In this document: positions 1-9,545 of the stretch, piece by piece
How the letters are laid out: each line of letters begins with the position of its first letter
Numbering within the stretch: the first letter of the stretch is position 1
Source of the DNA: Alkalilimnicola ehrlichii MLHE-1
GTDB taxonomy: Bacteria > Pseudomonadota > Gammaproteobacteria > Nitrococcales > Halorhodospiraceae
Length of the DNA: 32,000 bases
Reading direction: 5' to 3'
Assembly: GCF_000014785.1 (NCBI RefSeq)
Contig: NC_008340.1
Span: 1,770,001 to 1,802,000 of the forward strand
Position numbers and translations under genes: made by a program
The notes under the pieces: generated by a model
Told to the model about the DNA's origin: nothing
The model's database searches: none
What the model saw: the letters and a program-made list of their open reading frames with translations, nothing else

Positions 1-258
1 GGCGAGACGGATGTCGATGAAGTCGATCCCCTCCTCTTCGCACAGCTCGCGGATCACGGTGCTCTTGCCCACGCCGGGCGGCCCCCAGAGCATCATCGGC
101 GGCACGGCGTGCGGGGCCTCGGGATGGTCCCACAGGGCGTGCAACTGATGACGCAGCAGACGACGGACGCGCGCCACGTCCGTGCCGGGTGTGGATGGGA
201 CATCCGGGGCGAGATCGGGCATGTCGGTTCTGGACCGGGATCGGACGGGACGGTTCAT
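1..258 (-). CDS. MoxR-like/AAA+ ATPase, N-terminal part only (continues past the left edge)
   Basis: Reverse-strand reading from ATG at 258 gives MNRPVRSRSRTDMPDLAPDV...RRLLRHQLHALWDHPEAPHAVPPMMLWGPPGVGKSTVIRELCEEEGIDFIDIRLA, containing a Walker A motif (GPPGVGKS). The start overlaps the upstream gene's stop (ATATGA). Confidence 0.75.
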   Translation of the reverse strand, partial: MNRPVRSRSRTDMPDLAPDVPSTPGTDVARVRRLLRHQLHALWDHPEAPHAVPPMMLWGPPGVGKSTVIRELCEEEGIDFIDIRLA

Positions 259-1952
259 ATGGACGCCTCCTGGGGGGTCTCGGTATCGATGCTGAAGGCG
301 TGGGTGCGGACGCGAGCGATGGCCGCCGCGGCGGCCTGCTGGCGCAGGTCCTCCTGCAGCCAGTTCAACTTCCGGCTCACGACCATCAACCGGGGTCGGG
401 CCGGGGCATAGCCATGCTGCGCGAGGGTGATGAACAGCGGGGCGCCGTGCTCCGGCGTGAGCCGGTCCCGCGCGAACGCGAAGATCAGATCGGCCAGCGC
501 CCGGTCACGTAGCCGGACGGCGAGTTGCAACACCGCCTGCACCGCGTCGTGGATCGCCCGGTTCATGTACCCCCGGCGGGTGATGCGGCGCAGTCCCTTG
601 TCGATGGCCTGCGTCCAGTCGTCCGGCCAGTCGTCGCCACGGCCATGCCAGCGGCGCAGCGTCCAGGCCAGCCCGTGCAGGGTGTGCGGATCCCCCGGGC
701 AGTGCAGCAACCGCCCGAAGCCCTCGCCCACCGGCTGATCCGCAACCGCCCGGTAGAGGGCCAGGTCAGAGGCCCGCCCCTCCAGCCAGAGATCGCTGTT
801 GAAATCCCAGTGCCAGCGGTTGCCCGCCACCCGAAGGGCCTCGTCCATGTCGGGGGGCCGTTTCGGCTGGCTTCTGACCCGCAGGTGGAGCAGGCACCGC
901 AGGCGCCAGAGCAGTTCCGGGTCATGCTCATCCAGTGCCTCCTCCAGCGCGCGCAGCGCGGAGAGGCGCTGGGCGCGGGTGCGCTCCAGCCACGTCCAGC
1001 CGTACAGGGTGGATAGCGCGTCGTCTCGATCTCGGTGGGTGCCGAGCAACTGCCGGACGCCGTTGGCCTCACTGCCATACCAGCCCAGGGCGCCGTTCAG
1101 GACCGGGAAATGGCCGTGGGTGGTGATGGCGTGCACGCCGCCCGGGACGTGCAGGTGGTTCACGCGGGGGCTGCGCTGGATGACCACCTCGACGGTCTCG
1201 GCGTGGACATCGAAGAAGCTACAGCGCTGGAACGTGAGGCGACGCCAGCCCCCCTTGGCATGCAGGATCGCACCGCGGTGGCCGCAGTCGGTCATGTGCA
1301 GCACGCCGTCCTCGTTGTATGCCTCGCTCAGGCCCGGGCAGGTGCGGAGCTGCACCCGCACGCCGGTCCTGGCGAGTCGGAGTCGGGCCAGCGCCTCGGC
1401 GTCGGTGGCGACCAGGTGGTCGAGCCGCCCCGACGCCTCCACGTGCACGTCGACCAGGCCCTGCGGCCGGTGCAGCCAGACCTGGCGCAGGGCCGGCGGC
1501 ACGGTCCAGGAGCGGGGCAGCGATGGTGAGAGGGCCACCCAGCCCTCCACCGGGCAATCCGGTGGCGAGGGTTGAATGGCGACACCGTTGAGAGGCCGGG
1601 CATGCCGTGGCGCCTGCACCTCAAAGGTACCCCCGGACCAGCAGCAATCCAGCCGCTCGACGGCCCCAAGGACGAGTAATTCGGGTCGGCCATCCCCGGC
1701 GTCCAGGTGCACGGTCGCCCCGGTGTCGCCCGCCGGCAAGCGGATCCATTCAAGACGGGCGCAATCCTGCAGGGTCAGGTGCAACCCGGGCGGACAATGC
1801 GCCAGATCCAGGCCGACAAGGTCGGGACTGCGGGCCACGTCCAGTGCCCGCAGATGGCCATGCGCTACCCGCACGCGGCCCGCCAAGTCGGTAAGGGTTG
1901 CACCGCCGCAGTGGTCCGGAATGACGTCGGGGTCTGATAGTGAATCAGTCAT
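255..1952 (-). CDS. Large protein of unknown function (likely start MTDSLSDPD...), coupled to the AAA+ gene
   Basis: Long ORF (track 255..2063). The ATG at 1952 has a GAGGAGGG-type RBS just upstream. The N-terminal half has irregular beta/LRR-like repeats (HLRALDVARSPDLVGLDLAHCPPGLHLTLQDCARLEWIRLP); the C-terminal half is predicted alpha-helical. No recognised catalytic motif. Confidence 0.7.
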   Translation of the reverse strand: MTDSLSDPDVIPDHCGGATLTDLAGRVRVAHGHLRALDVARSPDLVGLDLAHCPPGLHLTLQDCARLEWIRLPAGDTGATVHLDAGDGRPELLVLGAVERLDCCWSGGTFEVQAPRHARPLNGVAIQPSPPDCPVEGWVALSPSLPRSWTVPPALRQVWLHRPQGLVDVHVEASGRLDHLVATDAEALARLRLARTGVRVQLRTCPGLSEAYNEDGVLHMTDCGHRGAILHAKGGWRRLTFQRCSFFDVHAETVEVVIQRSPRVNHLHVPGGVHAITTHGHFPVLNGALGWYGSEANGVRQLLGTHRDRDDALSTLYGWTWLERTRAQRLSALRALEEALDEHDPELLWRLRCLLHLRVRSQPKRPPDMDEALRVAGNRWHWDFNSDLWLEGRASDLALYRAVADQPVGEGFGRLLHCPGDPHTLHGLAWTLRRWHGRGDDWPDDWTQAIDKGLRRITRRGYMNRAIHDAVQAVLQLAVRLRDRALADLIFAFARDRLTPEHGAPLFITLAQHGYAPARPRLMVVSRKLNWLQEDLRQQAAAAAIARVRTHAFSIDTETPQEASI

Positions 1953-2138
1953 TCGGTTGCCCTCCTCTGCCGGGTTTGCCGCCAGTGTCGACCGGCCGTG
2001 CGACTTATCGTGTCGCATCAGAATCAGCCTCCGCCTTTTTGCGACCTCAGACGTCGCATACACCCAGGACGATAGGACTCACCGGCGCTCAACGCAGCGC
2101 AGGCACATCTGGAGCATCCATAAAGAGGAGGGAAAAAG

Positions 2139-2492
2139 ATGCGAATCGCAGTGCTGATTATCAGTCTATCCTTGGTCATGATCATCGGAGTACAGTCCTG
2201 CGCCGTCGGTGTCGGCGCTGAACTCATGGCCGATGAGGACACCGCTGCCGGGGGGGCCGCCGGCGTCATGGTGGCCTTCCTGTTCGTCCTGGGCGCGGCG
2301 TTCGCGCTGGGCAAACCCACGGTTTCCGCGGTGATGTTCGGGATCGCCGCAGCGACGGGTTTCTCGGTCGGAACCAGCACCGCCTTTGAGGACATGGCCA
2401 TCTGGGGCTTCGTGGCCTTGGTGTTGTGCATCATGTCCCTACTGGGACGGCGAGAGCTGCGGGAAAAGCCGTCTGCTGAGCAGGACAGCTAG
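2139..2492 (+). CDS. Small membrane protein, hypothetical
   Basis: 117 aa ORF preceded by an AGAGGAGGG RBS, with an N-terminal hydrophobic segment and further TM-like segments. Confidence 0.65.
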   Translation: MRIAVLIISLSLVMIIGVQSCAVGVGAELMADEDTAAGGAAGVMVAFLFVLGAAFALGKPTVSAVMFGIAAATGFSVGTSTAFEDMAIWGFVALVLCIMSLLGRRELREKPSAEQDS

Positions 2493-2510
2493 GAGAGTGA
2501 ATGTACCCGC

Positions 2511-3233
2511 ATGGCCCCACCCAGCCTTTCCGTCATCATCCCGGCCTGGAACGAGGCCCGCGAGTTACCGGCCACCCTGCGCGCGCTGGAGGAGGCCATC
2601 AATGGGTCAGGCCTCAGTGCGGAGGTCATCGTGGTGGACAACGACTCCGAGGACGAGACGGCAGCGATCGCCCGCCAGGCAGGCGCCCGGGTGGTGCACG
2701 AGCCGGAACGGCGCATTGCCCGGGTACGGAACCGGGGCGCCGAAATCGCGACGGCTCCCTGGCTTCTATTCCTGGATGCGGACACCCGGGTGACCCCTGT
2801 TCACCTCCTTGCCGTGTGGGACGCGCTGTCGGGCGAATGGGCCGGCGGAGGTGTGCCCGTCGCCATGGATCGTCCCCTGCCCCGCTTTCCGGCGCTGGGG
2901 CTGTCCCTCTGGAACGCCCTGTCGCGCCGGTTCTCTCTGGCGGCGGGCTGTTTCTTTTTTGTACGGGCAGAGCTGCACCGGTCGGTGGGCGGGTTTCCGG
3001 AGCATGTGTATGCCGGCGAGGAGGTGGGGCACTCCCGGCGACTGCAACGCATCGCTCGGCAGCGCCGACTTCGCTTCGGCATCCTGGACGCCGAACCGGT
3101 GGCCACCTCCGGGCGAAAGCTGGACTGGTACGCCACTTGGCAGCACGCGCTGGTGGCACTGGTCTTCGTGGTCTTTCCCTGGGCGGGACGGTTCCGGCAG
3201 TTGAGCTGGTTCTGGTATCGCCGACCGGACTAA
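2511..3233 (+). CDS. Family 2 glycosyltransferase
   Basis: GT-A fold pattern: SVIIPAWNEARELPATLRAL...EVIVVDNDSEDET...ARVRNRGAEIATAPWLLFLDADTRV. Confidence 0.85.
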   Translation: MAPPSLSVIIPAWNEARELPATLRALEEAINGSGLSAEVIVVDNDSEDETAAIARQAGARVVHEPERRIARVRNRGAEIATAPWLLFLDADTRVTPVHLLAVWDALSGEWAGGGVPVAMDRPLPRFPALGLSLWNALSRRFSLAAGCFFFVRAELHRSVGGFPEHVYAGEEVGHSRRLQRIARQRRLRFGILDAEPVATSGRKLDWYATWQHALVALVFVVFPWAGRFRQLSWFWYRRPD

Positions 3234-3323
3234 TGTGGATCGCTGCGCTGGCGGCCGGGTCCCCGGTTGCCGCGCTGCTGTGGCACACTCCTGTCTGCAC
3301 TCGGGTAAGGGAACGTCGCGATT

Positions 3324-3929
3324 ATGGATTCATCGGCATTACCGGCAGTACGGATTGGCCTGGTGTCCGTCAGTGACCGGGCCTCCAGCGGTGCCTACGA
3401 GGACAAGGGGATCCCTGCACTGCGGCATTGGCTGGAGCAGGCGCTGTGCAATCCGGTCGAATGGGAGACCCGGCTCATTCCGGACGACCAGCAGACCATC
3501 AGCGACACGCTGACGGAGCTCGTCGACCAATTGGGCTGCAATCTGGTGCTGACCAGCGGTGGGACCGGACCGGCGCCCCGGGACGTCACGCCGGAGGCGA
3601 CCCTGGCGGTCTCGGACCGCGAGATGCCGGGCTTCGGCGAGCAAATGCGCCAGATCAGTCTCACCTTCGTGCCCACTGCCATCCTGTCACGGCAGGTGGC
3701 CGTCATTCGGGGCCAGGCCCTGATTATCAACCTGCCAGGGCAGCCCAAGGCCATCGCGGAAACCTTGAGCGGCCTGCCCGACCATGCCCCACCGGTGCAC
3801 GGCATATTCGCCGCGGTGCCCTATTGTGTCGAGCTGATCGGGGGCCCCTACATCGAGACGGATCCCGCGGTCTGCAAGGCCTTTCGACCCAAGTCCGCGC
3901 GCCGGGACAAACCGGCCGAGGGTCGCTGA
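3324..3929 (+). CDS. mog: MoaB/Mog family molybdopterin adenylyltransferase
   Basis: 201 aa. Motifs VSVSDRASSGAYEDKGIPAL and TSGGTGPAPRDVTPEAT are typical of MoaB/Mog. Confidence 0.85.
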   Translation: MDSSALPAVRIGLVSVSDRASSGAYEDKGIPALRHWLEQALCNPVEWETRLIPDDQQTISDTLTELVDQLGCNLVLTSGGTGPAPRDVTPEATLAVSDREMPGFGEQMRQISLTFVPTAILSRQVAVIRGQALIINLPGQPKAIAETLSGLPDHAPPVHGIFAAVPYCVELIGGPYIETDPAVCKAFRPKSARRDKPAEGR

Positions 3930-4055
3930 ATGGTGCCTCGGGCTTGGAACCCAAACTGGCTATATCTAGTCCAATAAAAACAGCCACCAGGACCTGTTTA
4001 CAGAACCGGCGCTCTCTAGAGACTAGTGACCGCGAGGTGATAAGGGAACTGCTTT

Positions 4056-4370
4056 ATGGGACACCGAACCATGCGTATTGAAATCCCCGGCGACCTCACG
4101 TTCTCGGATCTGCACCTGACCAGGGAGTCGGACGGGTCGGTGAGTTTCGACTGGGCCGTGATCGAGCAGATCTGCGAGGCCAACGACATCGCCCCGGAGG
4201 AGTTCATGGACCCACCGGAGGAGAACCTGGCCAACCTGCTCATGGGGTGGTACTACCGGCATCGTGCGCTTGGCGGTGAAAGCGATCCGGTTGCCGAGAG
4301 CCTGGCGACGGAGGTGGCCATGGAGGAGCTGTCCGGACGCACCATCAGCCATCCGCCGGGTCACGCATGA
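4056..4370 (+). CDS. Hypothetical protein
   Basis: 104 aa ORF, MGHRTMRIEIPGDLTFSDLHLTRESDGSVSFDWAVIEQICEANDIAPEEFMDPP..., with a plausible acidic soluble composition. Confidence 0.5.
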   Translation: MGHRTMRIEIPGDLTFSDLHLTRESDGSVSFDWAVIEQICEANDIAPEEFMDPPEENLANLLMGWYYRHRALGGESDPVAESLATEVAMEELSGRTISHPPGHA

Positions 4371-4465
4371 GCATGCGGGCCCATGGGGGCGCCAAAGATC
4401 TGGCCGTGGGCCAGCAGTAGCGAGCCGCCGTTTGAAGATCCTGAGCCGGGGTCGCATCCGGCAAC

Positions 4466-4498
4466 GAAAAAAGCCGCCTAGGTTTTCCGCAGGCGGCT
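4466..4498 (-). terminator. Rho-independent terminator downstream of the tRNA
   Basis: On the minus strand: AGCCGCCT-gcggaaaacct-AGGCGGCT followed by TTTTT. Perfect 8-bp stem. Confidence 0.85.
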
Positions 4499-4515
4499 GT
4501 TCTCGTTCGGTTTTA

Positions 4516-4590
4516 TGGTGGGCGGTGCTGGGATTGAACCAGCGACCCCTGCCGTGTGAAGGCAGTGCTCTCCCGCTGAGCTAACCGCCC
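4516..4590 (-). tRNA. tRNA-Val (anticodon CAC), CCA encoded
   Basis: Minus strand GGGCGGT TA GCTC AGCGGGA GAGC A CTGCC TTCACAC GGCAG GGGTC GCTGG TTCAATC CCAGC ACCGCCC A CCA. All arms pair and the anticodon loop is TTCACAC. Confidence 0.97.
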
Positions 4591-4638
4591 CGAAAGCGTG
4601 GGCAAATGATAGGGACAGGCCCTTTGGGTGTCAACCCC

Positions 4639-5220
4639 TCAGCCGCTGTCCGCGTCGCGGCTGAGCGCCTCGCCGCAGCGGCGGCAGTGGTAGCGCATTC
4701 GGCCCTGGCGGATACGGTTGTGGCGGGTGGTGGTGATGCGATGGGTGCTGCAGCCGCAGCGGTATTGCCACCGGCGCTGGGTGCCTGGTATGCCGCTGAC
4801 GTCCAGGGCGTGGGTGCGCGTGGGGGGCGCGCCCAGTACCGCCATGACCTGCTGCCAGCCCGCCCCATGCCCCCGATCGCGGAACAGCGTCCAGGCGGCC
4901 AGGTGCGCCAGCTCGTGGGCGACGGTGTCGCGGGCCTCCCGCCAGCCGTCGGGCCGCCGGATCAGCGGGGCATTGAGCCCGATGCGATGCGGGCGCAGCC
5001 ACGCCCGCCCCAGGGCGCTGCCCCGGCGGTAGAGCACCACCTCGGGCGCCGGGAGGCCCTGCAGGGCCGGCCACTGCCGGCAGAGCGCGCGCCAGTCCGC
5101 CCTGGCCCAGGCCTTCAGCCGCTCCAGGCACTCGGCCTCGGTGGCCGGCGGGGGGCCCGACCGGCACCCTGCCGGCGCGGCCGCCCCGGGGCGGCGCTGC
5201 GGGTCGGGCACGCCGGTCAC
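4639..5220 (-). CDS. SprT-like zinc metallopeptidase domain protein
   Basis: HELAHLAAW motif, downstream H(G)xGW (RGHGAGW), and a C-terminal Cys motif (YRCGCST...[10 protein letters not shown]). GTG start overlaps the ilvD stop. Confidence 0.85.
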   Translation of the reverse strand: MTGVPDPQRRPGAAAPAGCRSGPPPATEAECLERLKAWARADWRALCRQWPALQGLPAPEVVLYRRGSALGRAWLRPHRIGLNAPLIRRPDGWREARDTVAHELAHLAAWTLFRDRGHGAGWQQVMAVLGAPPTRTHALDVSGIPGTQRRWQYRCGCSTHRITTTRHNRIRQGRMRYHCRRCGEALSRDADSG

Positions 5221-6917
5221 GCGCCGCCGCTCCAGCGATCGGTGACCGCACCCTGCGCCGCCGAGCCGACCATCTGCGCGTACTTGCCCAATACGCCCCG
5301 GGTCGCTCTCGGTTCCGGCGGCTGCCAGGCCGCACGCCGGCGGGCGAGCTCCGCCTCGTCCACCTCCAGGGTGAGCCGGTTGGCGTCCGCATCGATGGTG
5401 ACGGTGTCGCCTTCCCGGACCAGGGCGATGGTGCCACCCGCTGCGGCCTCCGGCGCCACGTGGCCCACCACCAGCCCCCGGGTGCCACCGGAGAAGCGCC
5501 CATCGGTGATCAGGCCGACGCTCTCCCCCAGCCCGGCCCCCATCAACGCCGCGGTGGGCGAGAGCATCTCGCGCATGCCGGGCCCGCCCTTCGGCCCCTC
5601 GTGGCGGATGACCACCACGTCGCCGGGCTTAATCTGGCCGGCCAGGATCGCCTCCAGGCAGTCCTCCTCACCCTCGAATACCCGCGCCGGTCCGACGATG
5701 CGGCGCTGCTTAAGGCCGGACACCTTGGCCACGGCCCCCTCCTCTGCCAGGTTTCCACGCAGGATGGCCAGATGGCCCACCGGGTAGAGGGGGTTGTCCA
5801 GGGTCCGGATGATGTCCTGATCCTTCGCGGGGGTCGGGGGCACGTCGGCCAGGGTCTCGGCAAGCGTCTGCCCGGTAATAGTGAGGCAGTCGCCGTGGAG
5901 CAGGCCCGCGTCCAGCAGCAGGCGCAGCACTTGCGGCGTGCCGCCCACCTCGTGAAATTCAGTGGTCACGTAGCGGCCCGAGGGCCGCAGATCGCAGAGC
6001 ACGGGCACCTGCTGCCGGATACGCTCCACGTCGTCCAGCGACAACGGCACATCGGCCGCATCGGCGATGGCCAGCAAGTGCAGCACCGCGTTGGTGGACC
6101 CGCCCACGGCCATCACCAGGGCGAAGCCGTTCTCGAAGGCCTCGCGGGTGAGGATGTCGCGGGGCTTGCGATCCGCCCGCACCGCCTCCATCAGCACCCG
6201 CGCGGCGGCCGCCACGTCGTCGCCCTTCTCCTCCGCCTCGGCGGCCACGGTGGAGCTGGCGGGCAGGCTCATGCCCATGGCCTCGAAGGCGCTGGACATG
6301 GTGTTGGCGGTGTACATCCCGCCACAGGAGCCGGCGCCGGGGCAGGCGTTGCGCTCCACCCCAAGCAGGTCCTCGTCACTCATCCTGCCCGCGGAGGCCT
6401 GGCCCACCGCCTCGAACGCCGAGACGATGTCCAGCCGCTCGCCCTTGTAGTAGCCGGGGCGGATGGTGCCGCCGTAGACAAACAGGGCCGGTATGTTCAT
6501 GCGCGCGATGGCGATCATAGCCCCGGGCATGTTCTTGTCGCAGCCGCCGGTGGCCAGCACGCCGTCCAGGCTCTGGCCCTCGCACACCGTCTCGATGGCG
6601 TCGGCGATCACCTCGCGCGAGACCAGCGAGTAGCGCATCCCCGGCGTGCCCATGGCGATGCCGTCCGAGACGGTGGGCACGCCAAATTCCGGTGCCATGG
6701 CACCGGCCGCCTGCAACGCCTCCACCGCCCGCCGGGTGAGCGCGGCGATATGCATGTTGCAGGGGGTGATGGTGCTGTGGGCGTTGGCGACGCCGATGAT
6801 GGGCTTGTCGAAGTCCTCGTCCCGGAAGCCGGTGGCGCGCAGCATGGCCCGGTTGGGGGTGCGGCGCAGGCCTGCGGTCACGACCCGACTGCGGCGGTTC
6901 TCACTCATCGACTGCAC
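5217..6917 (-). CDS. ilvD: Dihydroxy-acid dehydratase
   Basis: Strong family motifs: [89 protein letters not shown]. Confidence 0.97.
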   Translation of the reverse strand: MQSMSENRRSRVVTAGLRRTPNRAMLRATGFRDEDFDKPIIGVANAHSTITPCNMHIAALTRRAVEALQAAGAMAPEFGVPTVSDGIAMGTPGMRYSLVSREVIADAIETVCEGQSLDGVLATGGCDKNMPGAMIAIARMNIPALFVYGGTIRPGYYKGERLDIVSAFEAVGQASAGRMSDEDLLGVERNACPGAGSCGGMYTANTMSSAFEAMGMSLPASSTVAAEAEEKGDDVAAAARVLMEAVRADRKPRDILTREAFENGFALVMAVGGSTNAVLHLLAIADAADVPLSLDDVERIRQQVPVLCDLRPSGRYVTTEFHEVGGTPQVLRLLLDAGLLHGDCLTITGQTLAETLADVPPTPAKDQDIIRTLDNPLYPVGHLAILRGNLAEEGAVAKVSGLKQRRIVGPARVFEGEEDCLEAILAGQIKPGDVVVIRHEGPKGGPGMREMLSPTAALMGAGLGESVGLITDGRFSGGTRGLVVGHVAPEAAAGGTIALVREGDTVTIDADANRLTLEVDEAELARRRAAWQPPEPRATRGVLGKYAQMVGSAAQGAVTDRWSGGA

Positions 6918-7015
6918 TCCTGCCGGCAGGGCTGATCAGCCCCGGAAAGGAAAGGCCGGGTCGCCCGCGCGCCGGCACGGGCGGATGTCTGAAAGCGTAG
7001 CAGGACGGATGGTGC

Positions 7016-7633
7016 TCACTCCCCCCGGGGGGTCCGACCGGCAGCGATCAGGGTCTCCCGGGTCCAGCCGGTGCGACGAATCCGGTGGATTACCGCCGCG
7101 CACTGCTCCACCGGACGCAGATCGCCGCCGACCCGGCCGGCCATGATCAGCAACCCGGCCAGCGCGAGCAACCCCACGCTAAGGGGCGAGAAGAGCAGCA
7201 GGGGCGGGATCATCAGTGACCAATAAAACAGAAACTTACGGTTGACACCTCGACTGAACAACAGGATCAGCGCCATCAGGAACGCGGAGAACAGCAGCCC
7301 CGTGCCCGCGAGGGTGAGGCCATCGGTCATGCGCAGCCCGGAGAAGACCAGCTCCCCCTGGCGGATGGCCATGTAGACCGACCAGGCAAAGGCCCCCTGG
7401 GAGAGGGCGGAAAACAGGGGCATGAGCCAGTCGCGGAGCAAGCCGGCGATGACCAGGGTCGTCACCCCCAGGGCGATCCCCGCGGCGGTCAGATTACCGA
7501 GCGCCAGTACCCCGATCACCAGCCCGGCCAGCGCCGAAACGGCCAGCAGGCAGAGCAGCATCGGCGCCAGCCCGCAGGCCAGCACCCGGCCGGTGTCCTT
7601 CTCGCGGGCTGGTTCGTTTTTCTCTTCGTCCAT
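7016..7633 (-). CDS. Predicted integral membrane protein, hypothetical
   Basis: ORF track 7016..7651, with MDEEKNEP as the more likely start. Several hydrophobic stretches. Confidence 0.6.
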   Translation of the reverse strand: MDEEKNEPAREKDTGRVLACGLAPMLLCLLAVSALAGLVIGVLALGNLTAAGIALGVTTLVIAGLLRDWLMPLFSALSQGAFAWSVYMAIRQGELVFSGLRMTDGLTLAGTGLLFSAFLMALILLFSRGVNRKFLFYWSLMIPPLLLFSPLSVGLLALAGLLIMAGRVGGDLRPVEQCAAVIHRIRRTGWTRETLIAAGRTPRGE

Positions 7634-7819
7634 GGCGGCTTCCCCTCGCAAGTGGCATTGCAGTCCAGTTTATCCGACACACCCCGGTGTTGCCGGTGAA
7701 GATTCCGTGGCCGCCGGAGCGGGACCGGCGCACAGGGCCGAAACCTTTATCACAGGCATGAACGGCCTGTCATCGGTCTGGGTGCGGCCCCGTCCTTCGT
7801 GGCGCGGGCCCCTGGACGC

Positions 7820-7851
7820 AAAAATCCGCCGGCAGGCTCAAGGCCTACCGG
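7820..7851 (-). terminator. Rho-independent terminator downstream of the porin-like gene
   Basis: Minus strand CCGGTAGGC-cttga-GCCTGCCGG (one mismatch), then CGGA, then TTTTT. Confidence 0.7.
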
Positions 7852-7889
7852 AGGATAACCGTCGTAAAACCAGTGTACTGGCGCGGACT

Positions 7890-8765
7890 TTAGAAGTTGT
7901 ACTGCATTCTGGCGAGGAAGATGTTGGGGCTGTCCTCGTCCGTTGCACCACCGGTGAAACCTTCCACCGCGGCGCTGTCCTCCACGTCGACCATGATGTA
8001 GTTGGCCATGAAGCGCAGGTTGTCGGTGGCGTAGTAGTTCAGCGCCAGGGTGACATTCTTCTGCTCACCGCCGCGGACGTTCCGGTCGTTCAGGTCCACC
8101 GAGCTGTAGCGGGCCGCGATCTCCCAGGCCCCTGCCGGGCTGGCCAGGCTGACGGTGCGGAAGCCGGTGGGCCGGTAGCCGCGGGTCTCGCCGGTCAGCA
8201 CGTAACCGGCCTGGACGTGCCAGCCGTCGAAGGTCAGATCACGCTGATCGCCATCACCGTTGATATCGGCCTGCAGGTACTCCGCGCTCATGTGGAAGGG
8301 GCCACTGAGAAAGCCGAACTCCAGGCCGCCCTTGGTGGTGGACTTGGCATCGAGGCCGCCGGTGTCGATCAGGCGGGTGCCCTCGGTGGGCCGGGACTCC
8401 GGGCGATCACGGAAACGCACCACGCCCTCCCGGCCGTCGCTGTCGAAGCGTTCGTGGGAGAGGGAAGCGCCCAGGTGGAGGGTCTGCGCCCCCCGGATGG
8501 GGTTGAAGGTGACCCGCCCGGCGGCGCCCAACGGCATGTCCGCATCGGGGTCGTCCTCGATGGCGTGACTGTAGCCCATGACCGCGAAGTGATAGTTGTC
8601 ACCGGACTGGTCGTAGCCCAGGCCGATGCGGCGCGAGTCCGTGAACACCTGCGAGGAGGCCCGCTCGATGAAGCTGATGCGGTTGGAGCTGGTCAGTTCC
8701 TCCATCCCCTGCGGCACCTTGAACTGGCCCAACTGCAGTGTGCCCGGGCCCAGGTCGTAGGTCAC
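7890..8765 (-). pseudogene. Porin of the OprP/OprO-like class, apparently 5'-truncated
   Basis: The translation is a beta-barrel porin ending in ...ARMQYNF (C-terminal Phe). Porin-like sequence (RARLGASGTLGGAWGYQIEFDFAGGDVSYNDLKVTYDL) continues in frame upstream of the track start to about 8957, but I found no ATG and no signal peptide before an in-frame TGA. Confidence 0.6.
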
Positions 8766-9001
8766 CTTCAGGTCGTTGTAGCTGACATCGCCACCGGCGA
8801 AGTCGAACTCGATCTGGTAGCCCCAGGCCCCTCCCAGGGTACCGCTGGCGCCGAGCCGGGCGCGCCCCGGTCCGCGGCGGCGGTGCGGCGCTTTGCCCGC
8901 GCGCGCTGACAGGTTATGCTGCTGCCAGAAATCGGGGGCGGGCAGATCGCATCCCGGTCAACAGATTACGTCTTGATCCATACGATGTAGGAGGAGACCT
9001 G

Positions 9002-9190
9002 ATGGGTACATTAGTTTTCTGGGTGGCGGGCATTTTCTTCACCATCGGCTTCGTGATCATGGGTGAAGGGGGGGACAACCCCAAGCTCAAGGTCTTTGGC
9101 GGCGAGCGCTTTTTCATGGTGCTGTTCGCCTTTGTCATCTGGCCGTTGATGCTCGGTGTGCACCTGCGCGAGGCGCTCGCCAAGGCCTGA
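9002..9190 (+). CDS. Small membrane protein, hypothetical
   Basis: 62 aa with two hydrophobic segments, preceded by AGGAGGAG. Confidence 0.65.
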   Translation: MGTLVFWVAGIFFTIGFVIMGEGGDNPKLKVFGGERFFMVLFAFVIWPLMLGVHLREALAKA

Positions 9191-9199
9191 CCCTTCGCG

Positions 9200-9226
9200 G
9201 GATACACCGGCGCACCCGGTGTATCC
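9200..9226. terminator. Perfect inverted repeat, possible terminator without a U-tract
   Basis: GGATACACCGG-cgcac-CCGGTGTATCC, 11-bp perfect stem, 9 nt after the 9002..9190 stop codon. Confidence 0.5.
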
Positions 9227-9545
9227 CCACCCGACCCGCTTGTCCGAAGCGGGCGCCGCTTCCCTGAATAAGCCGCCCTTATCAGCCCCCTGCCGCGCAT
9301 CAGGAAACACTCTGCTCCACCCCTTCCCGGCCGGGACGGCGTGGCTTACACTTGACGTTCGGTCTGGCAGCGACACGTCAAGGGCGTTCTGCCCGTGGTC
9401 CATTCCAGCATTAGCGGTTTTCACTCCGAGCGGCCCATCGGGAACCCGCGACGCTCGGTTTGGTCTTTTCCTTTGGATGGCGATTGCTGCAACGCAGCAT
9501 CCACCCAGGCAGGGTTTCAGCGGCAGGTTTTCCGGGAGCACGGTC

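Noticed and set aside
4606-5787. 393 aa plus-strand ORF
   Set aside because: Spans the complement of the SprT-like gene and the ilvD 3' end. Explained by GC-driven open frames.
5460-6935. 491 aa plus-strand ORF opposite ilvD
   Set aside because: Complement of ilvD, whose own frame has unmistakable family motifs.
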